Part shown: piece by piece, positions 10,409-20,811 of the stretch | Layout of the letters: each line of letters begins with the position of its first letter | How positions within the stretch are numbered: position 1 is the first letter of the stretch | The notes under the pieces: generated by a model | Database searches by the model: none | Seen by the model: only the letters and a program-made list of their open reading frames with translations | What the model was told of the DNA's origin: nothing | Assembly: GCF_016903815.1 (NCBI RefSeq) | Contig: NZ_CP069973.1 | Length of the DNA: 64,000 nucleotides | From: Escherichia coli | Lineage (GTDB): Bacteria; Pseudomonadota; Gammaproteobacteria; Enterobacterales; Enterobacteriaceae | Direction: 5' to 3' (one strand) | Position numbers and translations under genes: made by a program

Positions 10409-10954
10409 ATGAAAACGATTGAAGTTGATGATGAACTCTACAGCTATATTGCCAGCCACACTAAGCATATCGGCGAGAGCGCATCCGACATTTTACGGCG
10501 TATGTTGAAATTTTCCGCCGCATCACAGCCTGCTGCTCCGGTGACGAAAGAGGTTCGCGTTGCGTCACCTGCTATCGTCGAAGCGAAGCCGGTCAAAACG
10601 ATTAAAGACAAGGTTCGCGCAATGCGTGAACTTCTGCTTTCGGATGAATACGCAGAGCAAAAGCGAGCGGTCAATCGCTTTATGCTGCTGTTGTCTACAC
10701 TATATTCTCTTGACGCCCAGGCGTTTGCCGAAGCAACGGAATCGTTGCACGGTCGTACACGCGTTTACTTTGCGGCAGATGAACAAACGCTGCTGAAAAA
10801 TGGTAATCAGACCAAGCCGAAACATGTGCCAGGCACGCCGTATTGGGTGATCACCAACACCAACACCGGCCGTAAATGCAGCATGATCGAACACATCATG
10901 CAGTCGATGCAATTCCCGGCGGAATTGATTGAGAAGGTTTGCGGAACTATCTAA
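10409..10954 (+). CDS. seqA: replication initiation negative regulator SeqA
   Basis: 181 aa [33 protein letters not shown]...; the ORF-track entry starts upstream at 10274. Confidence 0.95.
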
Positions 10955-10979
10955 AACGTTGCAGACAAAGGACAAAGCA

Positions 10980-12620
10980 ATGGCAATCCACAATCGTGCA
11001 GGCCAACCTGCACAACAGAGTGATTTGATTAACGTCGCCCAACTGACGGCGCAATATTATGTACTGAAACCAGAAGCAGGGAATGCGGAGCACGCGGTGA
11101 AATTCGGTACTTCTGGTCACCGTGGCAGTGCAGCGCGCCACAGCTTTAACGAGCCGCACATTCTGGCGATCGCTCAGGCAATTGCTGAAGAACGTGCGAA
11201 AAACGGCATCACTGGCCCTTGCTATGTGGGTAAAGATACTCACGCTCTGTCCGAGCCTGCGTTCATTTCCGTACTGGAAGTGCTGGCAGCGAACGGCGTA
11301 GATGTTATTGTGCAGGAAAACAATGGCTTCACTCCGACGCCTGCCGTTTCCAATGCCATCCTGGTTCACAATAAAAAAGGTGGCCCGCTGGCAGACGGTA
11401 TCGTGATTACACCGTCCCATAACCCGCCGGAAGATGGTGGTATCAAGTACAATCCGCCAAATGGTGGCCCGGCTGATACCAACGTCACCAAAGTGGTGGA
11501 AGACAGGGCCAACGCACTGATGGCCGATGGCCTGAAAGGCGTGAAGCGTATCTCCCTCGACGAAGCGATGGCATCCGGTCATGTGAAAGAGCAGGATCTG
11601 GTGCAGCCGTTCGTGGAAGGGCTGGCCGATATCGTTGATATGGCGGCGATTCAGAAAGCGGGCCTGACGCTGGGCGTTGATCCGTTGGGCGGTTCCGGTA
11701 TCGAATACTGGAAGCGCATTGGCGAGTATTACAACCTCAACCTGACCATCGTTAACGATCAGGTCGATCAAACCTTCCGCTTTATGCACCTCGATAAAGA
11801 CGGTGCGATCCGTATGGACTGCTCCTCCGAGTGTGCGATGGCGGGCCTGCTGGCACTGCGTGATAAGTTCGATCTGGCGTTTGCTAACGACCCGGATTAT
11901 GACCGTCACGGTATCGTCACTCCGGCAGGTTTGATGAATCCGAACCACTACCTGGCGGTGGCGATCAACTACCTGTTCCAGCATCGTCCGCAGTGGGGCA
12001 AAGATGTTGCTGTCGGTAAAACGCTGGTTTCATCTGCGATGATCGACCGTGTGGTCAATGACTTGGGCCGTAAGCTGGTAGAAGTCCCGGTAGGTTTCAA
12101 ATGGTTTGTTGATGGTCTGTTCGACGGCAGCTTCGGCTTTGGCGGCGAAGAGAGCGCAGGGGCTTCCTTCCTGCGTTTCGACGGCACGCCGTGGTCCACC
12201 GACAAAGACGGCATCATCATGTGTCTGCTGGCGGCGGAAATCACCGCTGTCACCGGTAAGAACCCGCAGGAACACTACAACGAACTGGCAAAACGCTTTG
12301 GTGCGCCGAGCTACAACCGTTTGCAGGCAGCTGCGACTTCCGCACAAAAAGCGGCGTTGTCTAAGCTGTCTCCGGAAATGGTGAGCGCCAGCACCCTGGC
12401 AGGTGACCCGATCACCGCGCGCCTGACTGCGGCACCGGGCAATGGTGCTTCTATCGGCGGTCTGAAAGTGATGACTGACAACGGCTGGTTCGCCGCGCGT
12501 CCGTCAGGCACGGAAGACGCGTACAAGATTTATTGCGAAAGCTTCCTCGGTGAAGAGCATCGCAAGCAGATCGAGAAAGAAGCGGTTGAGATTGTTAGCG
12601 AAGTTCTGAAAAACGCGTAA
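10980..12620 (+). CDS. pgm: phosphoglucomutase
   Basis: 546 aa [12 protein letters not shown]...; active-site TSGHR (TPSHNP family) motifs; seqA-pgm arrangement as in E. coli. Confidence 0.95.
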   Translation: MAIHNRAGQPAQQSDLINVAQLTAQYYVLKPEAGNAEHAVKFGTSGHRGSAARHSFNEPHILAIAQAIAEERAKNGITGPCYVGKDTHALSEPAFISVLEVLAANGVDVIVQENNGFTPTPAVSNAILVHNKKGGPLADGIVITPSHNPPEDGGIKYNPPNGGPADTNVTKVVEDRANALMADGLKGVKRISLDEAMASGHVKEQDLVQPFVEGLADIVDMAAIQKAGLTLGVDPLGGSGIEYWKRIGEYYNLNLTIVNDQVDQTFRFMHLDKDGAIRMDCSSECAMAGLLALRDKFDLAFANDPDYDRHGIVTPAGLMNPNHYLAVAINYLFQHRPQWGKDVAVGKTLVSSAMIDRVVNDLGRKLVEVPVGFKWFVDGLFDGSFGFGGEESAGASFLRFDGTPWSTDKDGIIMCLLAAEITAVTGKNPQEHYNELAKRFGAPSYNRLQAAATSAQKAALSKLSPEMVSASTLAGDPITARLTAAPGNGASIGGLKVMTDNGWFAARPSGTEDAYKIYCESFLGEEHRKQIEKEAVEIVSEVLKNA

Positions 12621-12633
12621 ACACATTAAATAA

Positions 12634-12667
12634 GAAAAAGGGCGGTCGGAAGATCGCCCTTTTTTGC
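12634..12667. terminator. bidirectional terminator between pgm and potE
   Basis: Hairpin aagggcggtcggaagatcgccctt flanked by A- and T-runs. Confidence 0.7.
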
Positions 12668-12676
12668 TTTTCTTAA

Positions 12677-13996
12677 TTAACCGTGTTTATTTTTCAGTTC
12701 AAAGCGTGGTGAGACCAGACCATACAGTGTCCAACCGAGGAAGGTCACGATGGAACCGTATAGCATGGCTTCTTCCCCGGATGAGTACAGCGCATAAAAG
12801 CTGTACATCGCGCCAACAAAAGCAACAAAGTTTGCAACTTTCGCTTTTGAGGGGGGCACATTAGCGACCTTCTGAATAATGACTAATGCCGCCATTGACA
12901 GAATATACGGAATGATATTGGTCACCACGGCCAGGTTAACCAGCACGTTGAACTGACTGTTTAGCGACGGGCTAATCGTCATCAGCGCCAACCCGCTCTG
13001 GATAATCACAATGGTCAACATTCCCTGCACCGGTGCATCCACTTTGGTTACACGGGAGAAAATTTTAGGGAAGTAGCCTTCATCAGATGAAGATTTAAAC
13101 ACCTGGGCAATGGTGAACTGCCAGCCAAGCAGCGAACCGCAGCAGGACATCACCATCAGCGCCATAATGACTTTACCCACTTCTGGCGTGAACATCTGTG
13201 CGAAGGCCAGGCCAAATGGTGCCGTTGAATTTGCCAGCTCCATATTAGGCACAATCCCTGCAATCACGTTGGTGGAGACGATATAAATCACCGCCGCACC
13301 TAACGTACCGCCGAGTACCGCGATTGGCACATTACGTTCCGGGTTTTCCACTACATCAGTATTCGCACACGCAGACTCCAGACCAAGAAAAGCCCACAGC
13401 GTCATAGCGATGGAAGAACCTACCGCACTGAAGAACGGTGCATGATGCGGATTCCAGGAATCAACGTAAAGCGTCGGGCTAAACCAGAACCAGCCGATAA
13501 CGCACAGGCCTACCACCGGAATAATGACCCCCCACACGGTAATGCTACTGATTTGCCCGGTAATGCGCGCACCACCAAAGTTAGCCACGGTACAAATCCA
13601 CAGCACCCCGATGGTCGCAAGACCAATCTGCACTGGCGACAAACTCGCGCCGAGCAGTTCGGTGCCGTAACCAACCGCCGAAATAGCAATCGCGACGTTA
13701 GCAATTAGCAGTGAGACGCCGTAGGTATAGTTCGCCATAAAGTTCCCGGATTTACCGAAAGCATACTCCGCATAACCGCCCATACCGCCTGATTTACGGC
13801 TGAACATACCGCATTTTGCGAATGCCCATGCCAGTGCCATTGAGCCTACGGCTGTCACCAGCCAGGAAATAATTGAGATTGTCCCGACTTCGGCAAGCTT
13901 TGTCGGCAGCATGATGATACCGGAGCCCATCATGTTGACCATCGTCAGTATGGTTAACTGAACGACGCCCATTTTGTTCGATTTAGCCTGACTCAT
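12677..13996 (-). CDS. potE: putrescine-ornithine antiporter
   Basis: 439 aa polytopic APC-family transporter; its start overlaps the speF stop (ATGA). Confidence 0.95.
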   Translation of the reverse strand: MSQAKSNKMGVVQLTILTMVNMMGSGIIMLPTKLAEVGTISIISWLVTAVGSMALAWAFAKCGMFSRKSGGMGGYAEYAFGKSGNFMANYTYGVSLLIANVAIAISAVGYGTELLGASLSPVQIGLATIGVLWICTVANFGGARITGQISSITVWGVIIPVVGLCVIGWFWFSPTLYVDSWNPHHAPFFSAVGSSIAMTLWAFLGLESACANTDVVENPERNVPIAVLGGTLGAAVIYIVSTNVIAGIVPNMELANSTAPFGLAFAQMFTPEVGKVIMALMVMSCCGSLLGWQFTIAQVFKSSSDEGYFPKIFSRVTKVDAPVQGMLTIVIIQSGLALMTISPSLNSQFNVLVNLAVVTNIIPYILSMAALVIIQKVANVPPSKAKVANFVAFVGAMYSFYALYSSGEEAMLYGSIVTFLGWTLYGLVSPRFELKNKHG

Positions 13997-16191
13997 AATT
14001 TTTCCCCTTTCAACAGGGTGCTTTGCGCATCACGAGGCTTGATGACATAGCACCAAACTTGCTTACGACCATCATGTTCTTCGATATAGACACCCTGCAG
14101 CTCCGGTGCAAAACCTGGCAGCAGGTTGATCCCTTCTTCCAGAGCGCTGAAGTAACGCAAAACAGCACCACCCCAGATTTCACCCGGAACAACACACAGC
14201 ACACCCGGAGGATAAGGAAGCGCACCTTCGGCAGCGATACGGCCTTCTGCATCCGGCAGACGAACCAGCTCCACTTCACCGCGTAAATAGGCGTAGTTAG
14301 CTTCTTGCGGATTCATGCTGACGCGTGGGAAGTGTTCCTTACGGAACATCTCTTTTTGCAGTTGTTTCACGTTGTGGCGGGCATACAAATCATGCATTTC
14401 CTGGCACAACTGACGAAGGGTATAACCGGCGTAGCGCTCTTCATGCTGTTTGTAGATGGAAGGTAGCACTTCCGCCAGCGGCGCATCAGATTCCAGCAGT
14501 TTTTCGAAGCGTACCAGCAGGGCAACAAGTTGCTGAAGTTTGGCCATATCCTCCGCCGGAGTCAGCAGGAAGAGGATGGAGTTAAGATCGCATTTTTCCG
14601 GCACTACGCCATTTTCGCGCAGGAAGTTAGCAAGAATCGTCGCGGGTACACCGAATGTTTCATATTCGCCGTTACGTGCATCAATACCTGGGGTTGTCAG
14701 CAACAGTTTGCAAGGATCGACAAAGTATTGATTCTCTGCATAGCCTTCAAAAGAATGCCAGTGTTCCCCTGGTACAAACTGGAAGAAGCGCAGATCAACC
14801 GCAATTTGCGCTGTTTCATACGACTGCCAGGGTTTACCATCCACCAGTTCAGGTACGAACGGACGAATATGCTGACAGTTATCGAGGATCAGTTTGCGGG
14901 CATTAATGCCATTTACCACACAATCCATCCACATATTACGACCGCTGACACCTTCATGCATTTTGGCGTTGATATCCAGTGCGGCAAACAGCGGATAGAA
15001 CGGGCTGGTGGAGGCGTGCATCATAAAGGCGTTGTTCATGCGTTTGTGCGGTACATAACGCTGTTGCCCTTTGATGTGGCTGTCTTTTTTATGGATTTGT
15101 GAAGTTTGAGAAAAACCAGCCTGCTGTTTATGTACGGATTGCGTAACCAGAATACCCGGATCGTTCTCATTAAGATCCAGCAACAGCGGCGAACAGTCAG
15201 CCATCATCGGGATAAATTGCTCATAGCCGACCCATGCGGAGTCAAACAGAATGTAGTCACACAGATGACCAATTTTATCCACCACCTGGCGGGCGTTATA
15301 AATCGTACCGTCGTAGGTGCCTAACTGAATCACAGCGAGGCGGAAAGGACGAGCCTCTTTTGCCCGCTGCGGTGCGACTTCCGCGATCAGCTCACGCAGG
15401 TAACTTTCTTCAAAACAATGCGCATCAATGCCACCGATAAAGCCATACGGGTTACGTGCCGTTTCCAGATAAACCGGTGTTGCACCAGCCTGTAGCAACG
15501 CTCCGTGGTGGTTAGATTTGTGGTTATTGCGATCAAACAGCACCAGATCACCCGGTGTTAGCAGGGCGTTTAAAACCACTTTGTTAGAAGATGAAGTGCC
15601 ATTTAGAACGAAGTATGTTTTATCGGCATTAAACACTTTTGCCGCATGTTGCTGTGCAATGCATGGCGCGCCTTCGTGAATCAGCAGATCGCCCATTGCC
15701 ACATCCGCGTTGCATAAGTCGGAACGGAACAGCGTTTCTCCGAAGTACTCCACGAACTGATTCCCTGCCGGATGACGACGGAAAAACTCACCTCCCTGAT
15801 GACCCGGGCAGTCAAAAGCGCTATTGCCCTGATTGACATAATCGACCAGTGCGCGGAAGAAGGGCGGGCGCAGTTGCGTTTCATAATGGCTAGCAGCGGT
15901 TTCTAACTGACGTCCATAAAACTCTTTCCGTGATTCGCAATGCTCGAAGACACCAGAAATACGTGGCAGATATTCTGCTGGTACACGTTCTTCATTTGCC
16001 GTTGCAATAAAAACAGGAATGCCATAGCCAGTAGCGTCTATTTCATCGAGTTTTCCACGTTCAACATCATTGACTGATAAAATAATGGCGGCAACGTCAA
16101 TATAATTACTTTCGTCAATATTCACGCATGCACGATGAGTGGAAAAACAATCCGGGCAAGAACGGCTAACGGCAATTTTTAATTCTGACAT
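13993..16191 (-). CDS. speF: inducible ornithine decarboxylase
   Basis: About 732 aa PLP-dependent decarboxylase (start MSELKIAVS...); an in-frame ATG three codons upstream (16200) is an alternative start. Confidence 0.92.
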   Translation of the reverse strand: MSELKIAVSRSCPDCFSTHRACVNIDESNYIDVAAIILSVNDVERGKLDEIDATGYGIPVFIATANEERVPAEYLPRISGVFEHCESRKEFYGRQLETAASHYETQLRPPFFRALVDYVNQGNSAFDCPGHQGGEFFRRHPAGNQFVEYFGETLFRSDLCNADVAMGDLLIHEGAPCIAQQHAAKVFNADKTYFVLNGTSSSNKVVLNALLTPGDLVLFDRNNHKSNHHGALLQAGATPVYLETARNPYGFIGGIDAHCFEESYLRELIAEVAPQRAKEARPFRLAVIQLGTYDGTIYNARQVVDKIGHLCDYILFDSAWVGYEQFIPMMADCSPLLLDLNENDPGILVTQSVHKQQAGFSQTSQIHKKDSHIKGQQRYVPHKRMNNAFMMHASTSPFYPLFAALDINAKMHEGVSGRNMWMDCVVNGINARKLILDNCQHIRPFVPELVDGKPWQSYETAQIAVDLRFFQFVPGEHWHSFEGYAENQYFVDPCKLLLTTPGIDARNGEYETFGVPATILANFLRENGVVPEKCDLNSILFLLTPAEDMAKLQQLVALLVRFEKLLESDAPLAEVLPSIYKQHEERYAGYTLRQLCQEMHDLYARHNVKQLQKEMFRKEHFPRVSMNPQEANYAYLRGEVELVRLPDAEGRIAAEGALPYPPGVLCVVPGEIWGGAVLRYFSALEEGINLLPGFAPELQGVYIEEHDGRKQVWCYVIKPRDAQSTLLKGEKL

Positions 16192-16500
16192 TTTGTTCAT
16201 CTCTTTATTTCAGGTAATAGCAGGTCCTCAATTTCTCAAAGGAGAAATTGATCACGCCGGAAAAAAGCAAAACCCCACCGCTGATAAATAAATCAGTAGT
16301 TTGCTTTTTGTAGATGCAATAACCCAGACCAGCCCGGTAACTGGCTATACTCGTCATACCTCAAGTTGCAAGTGCTGCGACTCGAATTATTTAGAGTTTA
16401 AAAGGGTTAGCAGTATATGAGCACCGAGGAATACAGGTATTAACCTGTAATGCTTAAAGTCAGGGAGACCTGTACGTTGGGGTGCCCTTTAGTCAGAAGA

Positions 16501-16605
16501 CTAGCGGGCATTAAAGAAATGAAAGTCAAAACTATTACGATGGGCAAACTTCATGATATGGGTTGTCCGCCTTATATGAGGCATTAAGCGGTTATTATTT
16601 TCCAT
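16501..16605 (-). CDS. speFL: speFL, ornithine-sensing ribosome-arrest leader peptide of the speF-potE operon
   Basis: Direct reverse-strand translation: MENNNRLMPHIRRTTHIMKFAHRNSFDFHFFNAR (34 aa), closely matching the leader peptide I recall (HIRRTTHIMKFAHRNSFDFHFFNAR core); about 300 nt upstream of speF. Absent from the ORF track because it is under 60 aa. Confidence 0.85.
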   Translation of the reverse strand: MENNNRLMPHIRRTTHIMKFAHRNSFDFHFFNAR

Positions 16606-16799
16606 TTACCTTTACCTCTTGCTGTGTCAGTTGAAGGTAGAGTTATTCTATCCATGAAATGGCTATAATCTGTGAAGAAGATCAACAAAAAACGATCATA
16701 CCCCAGATAATAAATCATTAATTATGAATATTGCCATATTAGATGCTGTTTTGTTACTTAAATGTTGTAATTTTGTGTTTTATATTTGCGTTAAGAAAT

Positions 16800-16836
16800 T
16801 AAACCTGCCAAATAATAATATTTGGAGCAGGTTTAA
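16800..16836 (-). terminator. imperfect hairpin downstream of kdpE
   Basis: aaacctgcc...ggagcaggttt inverted repeat in an AT-rich spacer. Confidence 0.35.
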
Positions 16837-16879
16837 TAATAAATTAATCACTATTAAAGCGAATTTATTGAATAACAAT

Positions 16880-17557
16880 TCAAAGCATAAACCGATACCC
16901 AATACCGGTTTCAGTAATGAAATGGCGGGGGCGAGCGGGATCCTGTTCCAGTTTTTGTCGCAGATGTCCCATATAAATACGCAAATAATGACTGTGTTCG
17001 ACCGCGTTTGGCCCCCACACCTGGTTAAGGAGCTGGCGCTGGGTGAGCACTTTTCCGGCATTGTTGAGCAGCACCGCCAGCAGGCGAAACTCAATTGGTG
17101 TGAGATGCACCTCTTCCTCACCGCGATGGATCACGCGGGCGGCTAAATCGACGGTAACATCGGAAAATTTCACCAGCGGATCGGGCGCAGCGGTGGCGGA
17201 GTGGCGACGTAAAGCGACGCGCAGACGGGCCTGCAATTCGCCAATGCCAAACGGCTTACTCAGGTAATCATCCGCTCCGGCATCCAGCGCGGCGATTTTG
17301 TCGCTCTCTTCGCTGCGTGCGGAAAGCACAATCACTGGCACTGCGCTCCACTGGCGCAGGTCGCGGATAAACTCAATCCCATCACCATCGGGCAGGCCGA
17401 GATCGAGAATAATCAAATCTGGCTTACGGGTAGCCGCTTCCAGCAAGCCGCGTTGCAGCGTTTCGGCCTCATAGACGCGCATCCCGTCGCCCTCCAGCGC
17501 CGTGCGCAGAAAGCGACGAATAGCCTGTTCATCTTCAACAATCAGAACGTTTGTCAC
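16880..17557 (-). CDS. kdpE: two-component response regulator KdpE (OmpR family)
   Basis: 225 aa; receiver domain (VEDEQ...DLGLPDGDG) plus winged-helix output domain. Confidence 0.95.
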   Translation of the reverse strand: MTNVLIVEDEQAIRRFLRTALEGDGMRVYEAETLQRGLLEAATRKPDLIILDLGLPDGDGIEFIRDLRQWSAVPVIVLSARSEESDKIAALDAGADDYLSKPFGIGELQARLRVALRRHSATAAPDPLVKFSDVTVDLAARVIHRGEEEVHLTPIEFRLLAVLLNNAGKVLTQRQLLNQVWGPNAVEHSHYLRIYMGHLRQKLEQDPARPRHFITETGIGYRFML

Positions 17558-20238
17558 ATATCCTCATGAAATTCTTCAAGTTCAGGGGCTGTTTGCTGGG
17601 GAAGTGTAACACGAAAACAGGCACCACCTTCCGGTCGGTTGAATGCGGTAATGGTGCCGCCGTGTACATCCACTATCGCCCGACAAATTGCCAACCCAAG
17701 CCCTACACCCGGTACCGCCGACTCTTTATTCCCGCGAGCAAACTTATCAAATATCGTCTGCTCCTGGCCTGGTGGAAGACCGGGGCCGTTATCCCAGACA
17801 TCCAGTTGTAGATTTTCGCCCTCAACGTGGGCATTGATACCAATTTCGGCCTGCGCCCCCGCGTATTTCACCGCGTTCTCCAGCAGATTAATCAGCACCC
17901 GTTCAAAGAGTGGCCCGTCAACGTGGATTAAGGTCAGCGGTTCTGGCAGAGAAAGATTGATGGTCGACGATAAACCCGGTTCCAGCATTTGCAGCGCGCT
18001 GCCGACCACTTCTTCCAGCGTTAACCACTCTTTCTTCAAATTAAAGCCGCCGGACTGAATTCGTGCCATATCCAGTAGATTATTCACCAGTCGGGTGGTG
18101 TTCAGCACATGCTGACGAATCTCGCTGGCCTGGCGGGCGTGGGGCGATCCTTCGCTCGCCAGATCGAGCGTTAAGATTTCTGCCTGACCGAACAGCACCG
18201 TGAGCGGAGTGCGTAAATCATGCGAAAGCGCCGCCAGCAGGGCGTTGCGGATCTGTTCACGTTCGCTTGCCATCCGCGCCTGTTCTTCGCTGGCGGTCAG
18301 TGTCAGCCGCTCAAGGGCATTGGCGACTAACAACGTAAATGTCTCCAGCAGGCGCTGCTGTTCCGGGATCATCAACTGGCGCAGATTCCCCGGTTCCACC
18401 ACCACCAGTCCGTAGGTTTTCTCGCCGCTTTTTAGCGGCAAAATCTGGTACGGTACACCGGGTAACGTGTCGGTGCCCGCGCCCGCAGGCAGACCTTTAT
18501 CAAAACTCCACTGCGCGATGGCATCGTCCCACGGGGTCATTCCTTGCGGATGTGTTAACGGCTGCAATTTACCGTTGTCATCGGGTAACAGCACCTGACT
18601 GCGGGCATGAAACGTGGAGGCAATAAACTGTTCGCTGGTGGCGGCGATGTCCTGCGGACTGCGGCCCACCGCCAGAGCTTTCGACATTTCATATAAGTGC
18701 CGTGTGCGTTGCTCGCGGTAACGGGCTACCCGCGCCTGATAACGCACGCCCGCAGTAAGGTTCCCGATCACCAGCCCGACGGTTAACATCACCGCGAAGG
18801 TCAGCAGATATTGCACATCAGAGACGGCAAGCGTGCCGCGTGGGGCGATAAAAAAGAGATCGAAACTCACCACATTAATGACGGTGGCGACCACCGAAGG
18901 CCAGCGCCCATAAAACAGTGCCACCACCACCACGCCAAGCAGATACAGCATCACCAGGTTGGCGGCATCAAACGCCATCAGCCACTGCATGGCAATTAAG
19001 GTGATAACGGCGCATAACGCGGCGGCAACCACGCATCCCTGAATCTGTACCCGCCACTTGTCTTTAAAAGAGCGGCTATCCGGCGCGTTGTTAATCGTGC
19101 GGGCGGGTGGTTCATCAAGCGCGACCAGCACCTGATCGAGATCGGGGGCGATGCGCGCCAGTCGGTCAGCAAACGTTTCCCGACGCCACCAGCGGCGCGA
19201 GGCTGGGCGACCGAGAATAATCTTGCCGAGATTATGTTCACGGGCATAACGCACTACCGCTTTCTCTTCCGCTGGATCAGAAAGTGTTGCCGTCTCTGCG
19301 CCCAGCTCCTGCGCCAGACGTAAGGCGCTGAGAATTGCCCGACGTTTTTTCTCCGGTAAGCGATGCAGGGTAGGGGTTTCAACATACACCGCGTGCCAGA
19401 CGCTACCCAGCCGTGACGCCAGCCGCGCCGCCGCGCGGACCAGTTTCTCACTACCAGTGTTATGGCCGATGCATAAAAGGATCGCGTCGCGCGTGTGCCA
19501 GACTTTCTCTTCGCCAGGATGCCCCCGCCAGGCGCGCATTTGCTCATCTACGCGATCGGCAGTACGGCGCAGTGCCAATTCGCGCAGGGCGATCAGATTA
19601 CCTTTACGAAAAAAATGTTCAATGGCGCGTTCCGCCTGCCCGGCAATATAGACTTTACCTTCTTTCAGCCGTTGACGCAGATCGTCCGGGGGCAAGTCCA
19701 CCAGCACCACGTCGTCGGCGGCATCGAAAAAAGGATCGGGCACGGTTTCTCGTACCTGAATTCCGGTGACGCCACTGACCACATCATTCAGGCTTTCCAG
19801 ATGCTGAACGTTGACGGTAGTGAAAACATCAATGCCCGCTTCCAGCAGTTCTTCGATGTCCTGCCAGCGTTTAGGATGACGAGAACCTGGCGCATTACTG
19901 TGCGCCAGTTCGTCCATTAAGATCAGCGCCGGACGGCGGGCGAGGGCGGCATCGAGATCAAACTCGCTGATATGCCGCCCACGGTACGCCTGGCGTTTGG
20001 GCGGCAGAACAGCCAGCCCTTCCAGCATTGCGGCGGTATCTTTCCGCCCGTGGGTTTCAACCACGCCAACCACAATATCCAGCCCTTGCGCCCGCAGTCG
20101 CTGGGCCTCTGCCAGCATCGCCCAGGTCTTTCCGACGCCTGCGCAGGCACCGAAGAAAACTTTCAGCTTCCCCCGATGCGGCGCGGCAGTTTGTTCCAGC
20201 AGACGATCGGGGTCGGGACGTAAAGGTTCGTTATTCAT
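17554..20238 (-). CDS. kdpD: sensor histidine kinase KdpD
   Basis: 894 aa from [16 protein letters not shown]...; N-terminal Kdp sensor/Usp domain, four transmembrane segments, HisKA (HDLRTPL) and HATPase domains; overlaps kdpE (ATGA) and kdpC. Confidence 0.95.
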   Translation of the reverse strand: MNNEPLRPDPDRLLEQTAAPHRGKLKVFFGACAGVGKTWAMLAEAQRLRAQGLDIVVGVVETHGRKDTAAMLEGLAVLPPKRQAYRGRHISEFDLDAALARRPALILMDELAHSNAPGSRHPKRWQDIEELLEAGIDVFTTVNVQHLESLNDVVSGVTGIQVRETVPDPFFDAADDVVLVDLPPDDLRQRLKEGKVYIAGQAERAIEHFFRKGNLIALRELALRRTADRVDEQMRAWRGHPGEEKVWHTRDAILLCIGHNTGSEKLVRAAARLASRLGSVWHAVYVETPTLHRLPEKKRRAILSALRLAQELGAETATLSDPAEEKAVVRYAREHNLGKIILGRPASRRWWRRETFADRLARIAPDLDQVLVALDEPPARTINNAPDSRSFKDKWRVQIQGCVVAAALCAVITLIAMQWLMAFDAANLVMLYLLGVVVVALFYGRWPSVVATVINVVSFDLFFIAPRGTLAVSDVQYLLTFAVMLTVGLVIGNLTAGVRYQARVARYREQRTRHLYEMSKALAVGRSPQDIAATSEQFIASTFHARSQVLLPDDNGKLQPLTHPQGMTPWDDAIAQWSFDKGLPAGAGTDTLPGVPYQILPLKSGEKTYGLVVVEPGNLRQLMIPEQQRLLETFTLLVANALERLTLTASEEQARMASEREQIRNALLAALSHDLRTPLTVLFGQAEILTLDLASEGSPHARQASEIRQHVLNTTRLVNNLLDMARIQSGGFNLKKEWLTLEEVVGSALQMLEPGLSSTINLSLPEPLTLIHVDGPLFERVLINLLENAVKYAGAQAEIGINAHVEGENLQLDVWDNGPGLPPGQEQTIFDKFARGNKESAVPGVGLGLAICRAIVDVHGGTITAFNRPEGGACFRVTLPQQTAPELEEFHEDM

Positions 20239-20803
20239 CAAGTTTATCCAGCGCCAGATTGAGTTCGACAATGTTGACGACCGGCTGGCCGATATATTTC
20301 ACCAGCGGTTGTTGGCTGTATTTTGCGATCAGCTGCGTGAGCTGTTCAACGCTGAGATTGCGCGCTTTCGCCACGCGTGGGATCTGCCAGGCTGCCGCTT
20401 GCGGGGTGATGTTATTGTCCAGCCCGCTTGCCGATGCCGTCACCAGTTCAACCGGAACGTTCGCGCTGGCATCCGGGTTAGCGGCCCGTAATGCAGCAAC
20501 GCGTGCGGCTATTAGTTTATCCAGCTCAGGGTTACTGACCGCCAGGTTGCTCCCGCCAGAAGCCTGTGGATTATAGGGCATTTCTGCCGTTGCCGACGGG
20601 CGACCCTGAAAATAGCCGTTGCCGGTAAAATTCTGCCCGATTAATGCCGAACCGCGCACCGTATCACCTTCACGAATCAACGAACCGTTGGCCTGCCAGG
20701 GAAACCACCATTGCCCCAGCACGGTGGTTAGCAGCGGGTAAACGCCGCCAGTAATCAATAACAGAAAGAGAAATGTCGATAATGTCGGACGTAATCCACG
20801 CAT
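20231..20803 (-). CDS. kdpC: K+-transporting ATPase subunit KdpC
   Basis: 190 aa from [25 protein letters not shown]...; 8 bp overlap with the kdpD start. Confidence 0.9.
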   Translation of the reverse strand: MRGLRPTLSTFLFLLLITGGVYPLLTTVLGQWWFPWQANGSLIREGDTVRGSALIGQNFTGNGYFQGRPSATAEMPYNPQASGGSNLAVSNPELDKLIAARVAALRAANPDASANVPVELVTASASGLDNNITPQAAAWQIPRVAKARNLSVEQLTQLIAKYSQQPLVKYIGQPVVNIVELNLALDKLDE

Positions 20804-20811
20804 GGTAAACC

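Noticed and set aside
16724-17146. 140 aa plus-strand ORF spanning the AT-rich spacer and the kdpE 3' end
   Set aside because: It overlaps kdpE on the opposite strand and starts in AT-rich low-complexity sequence; no start context.
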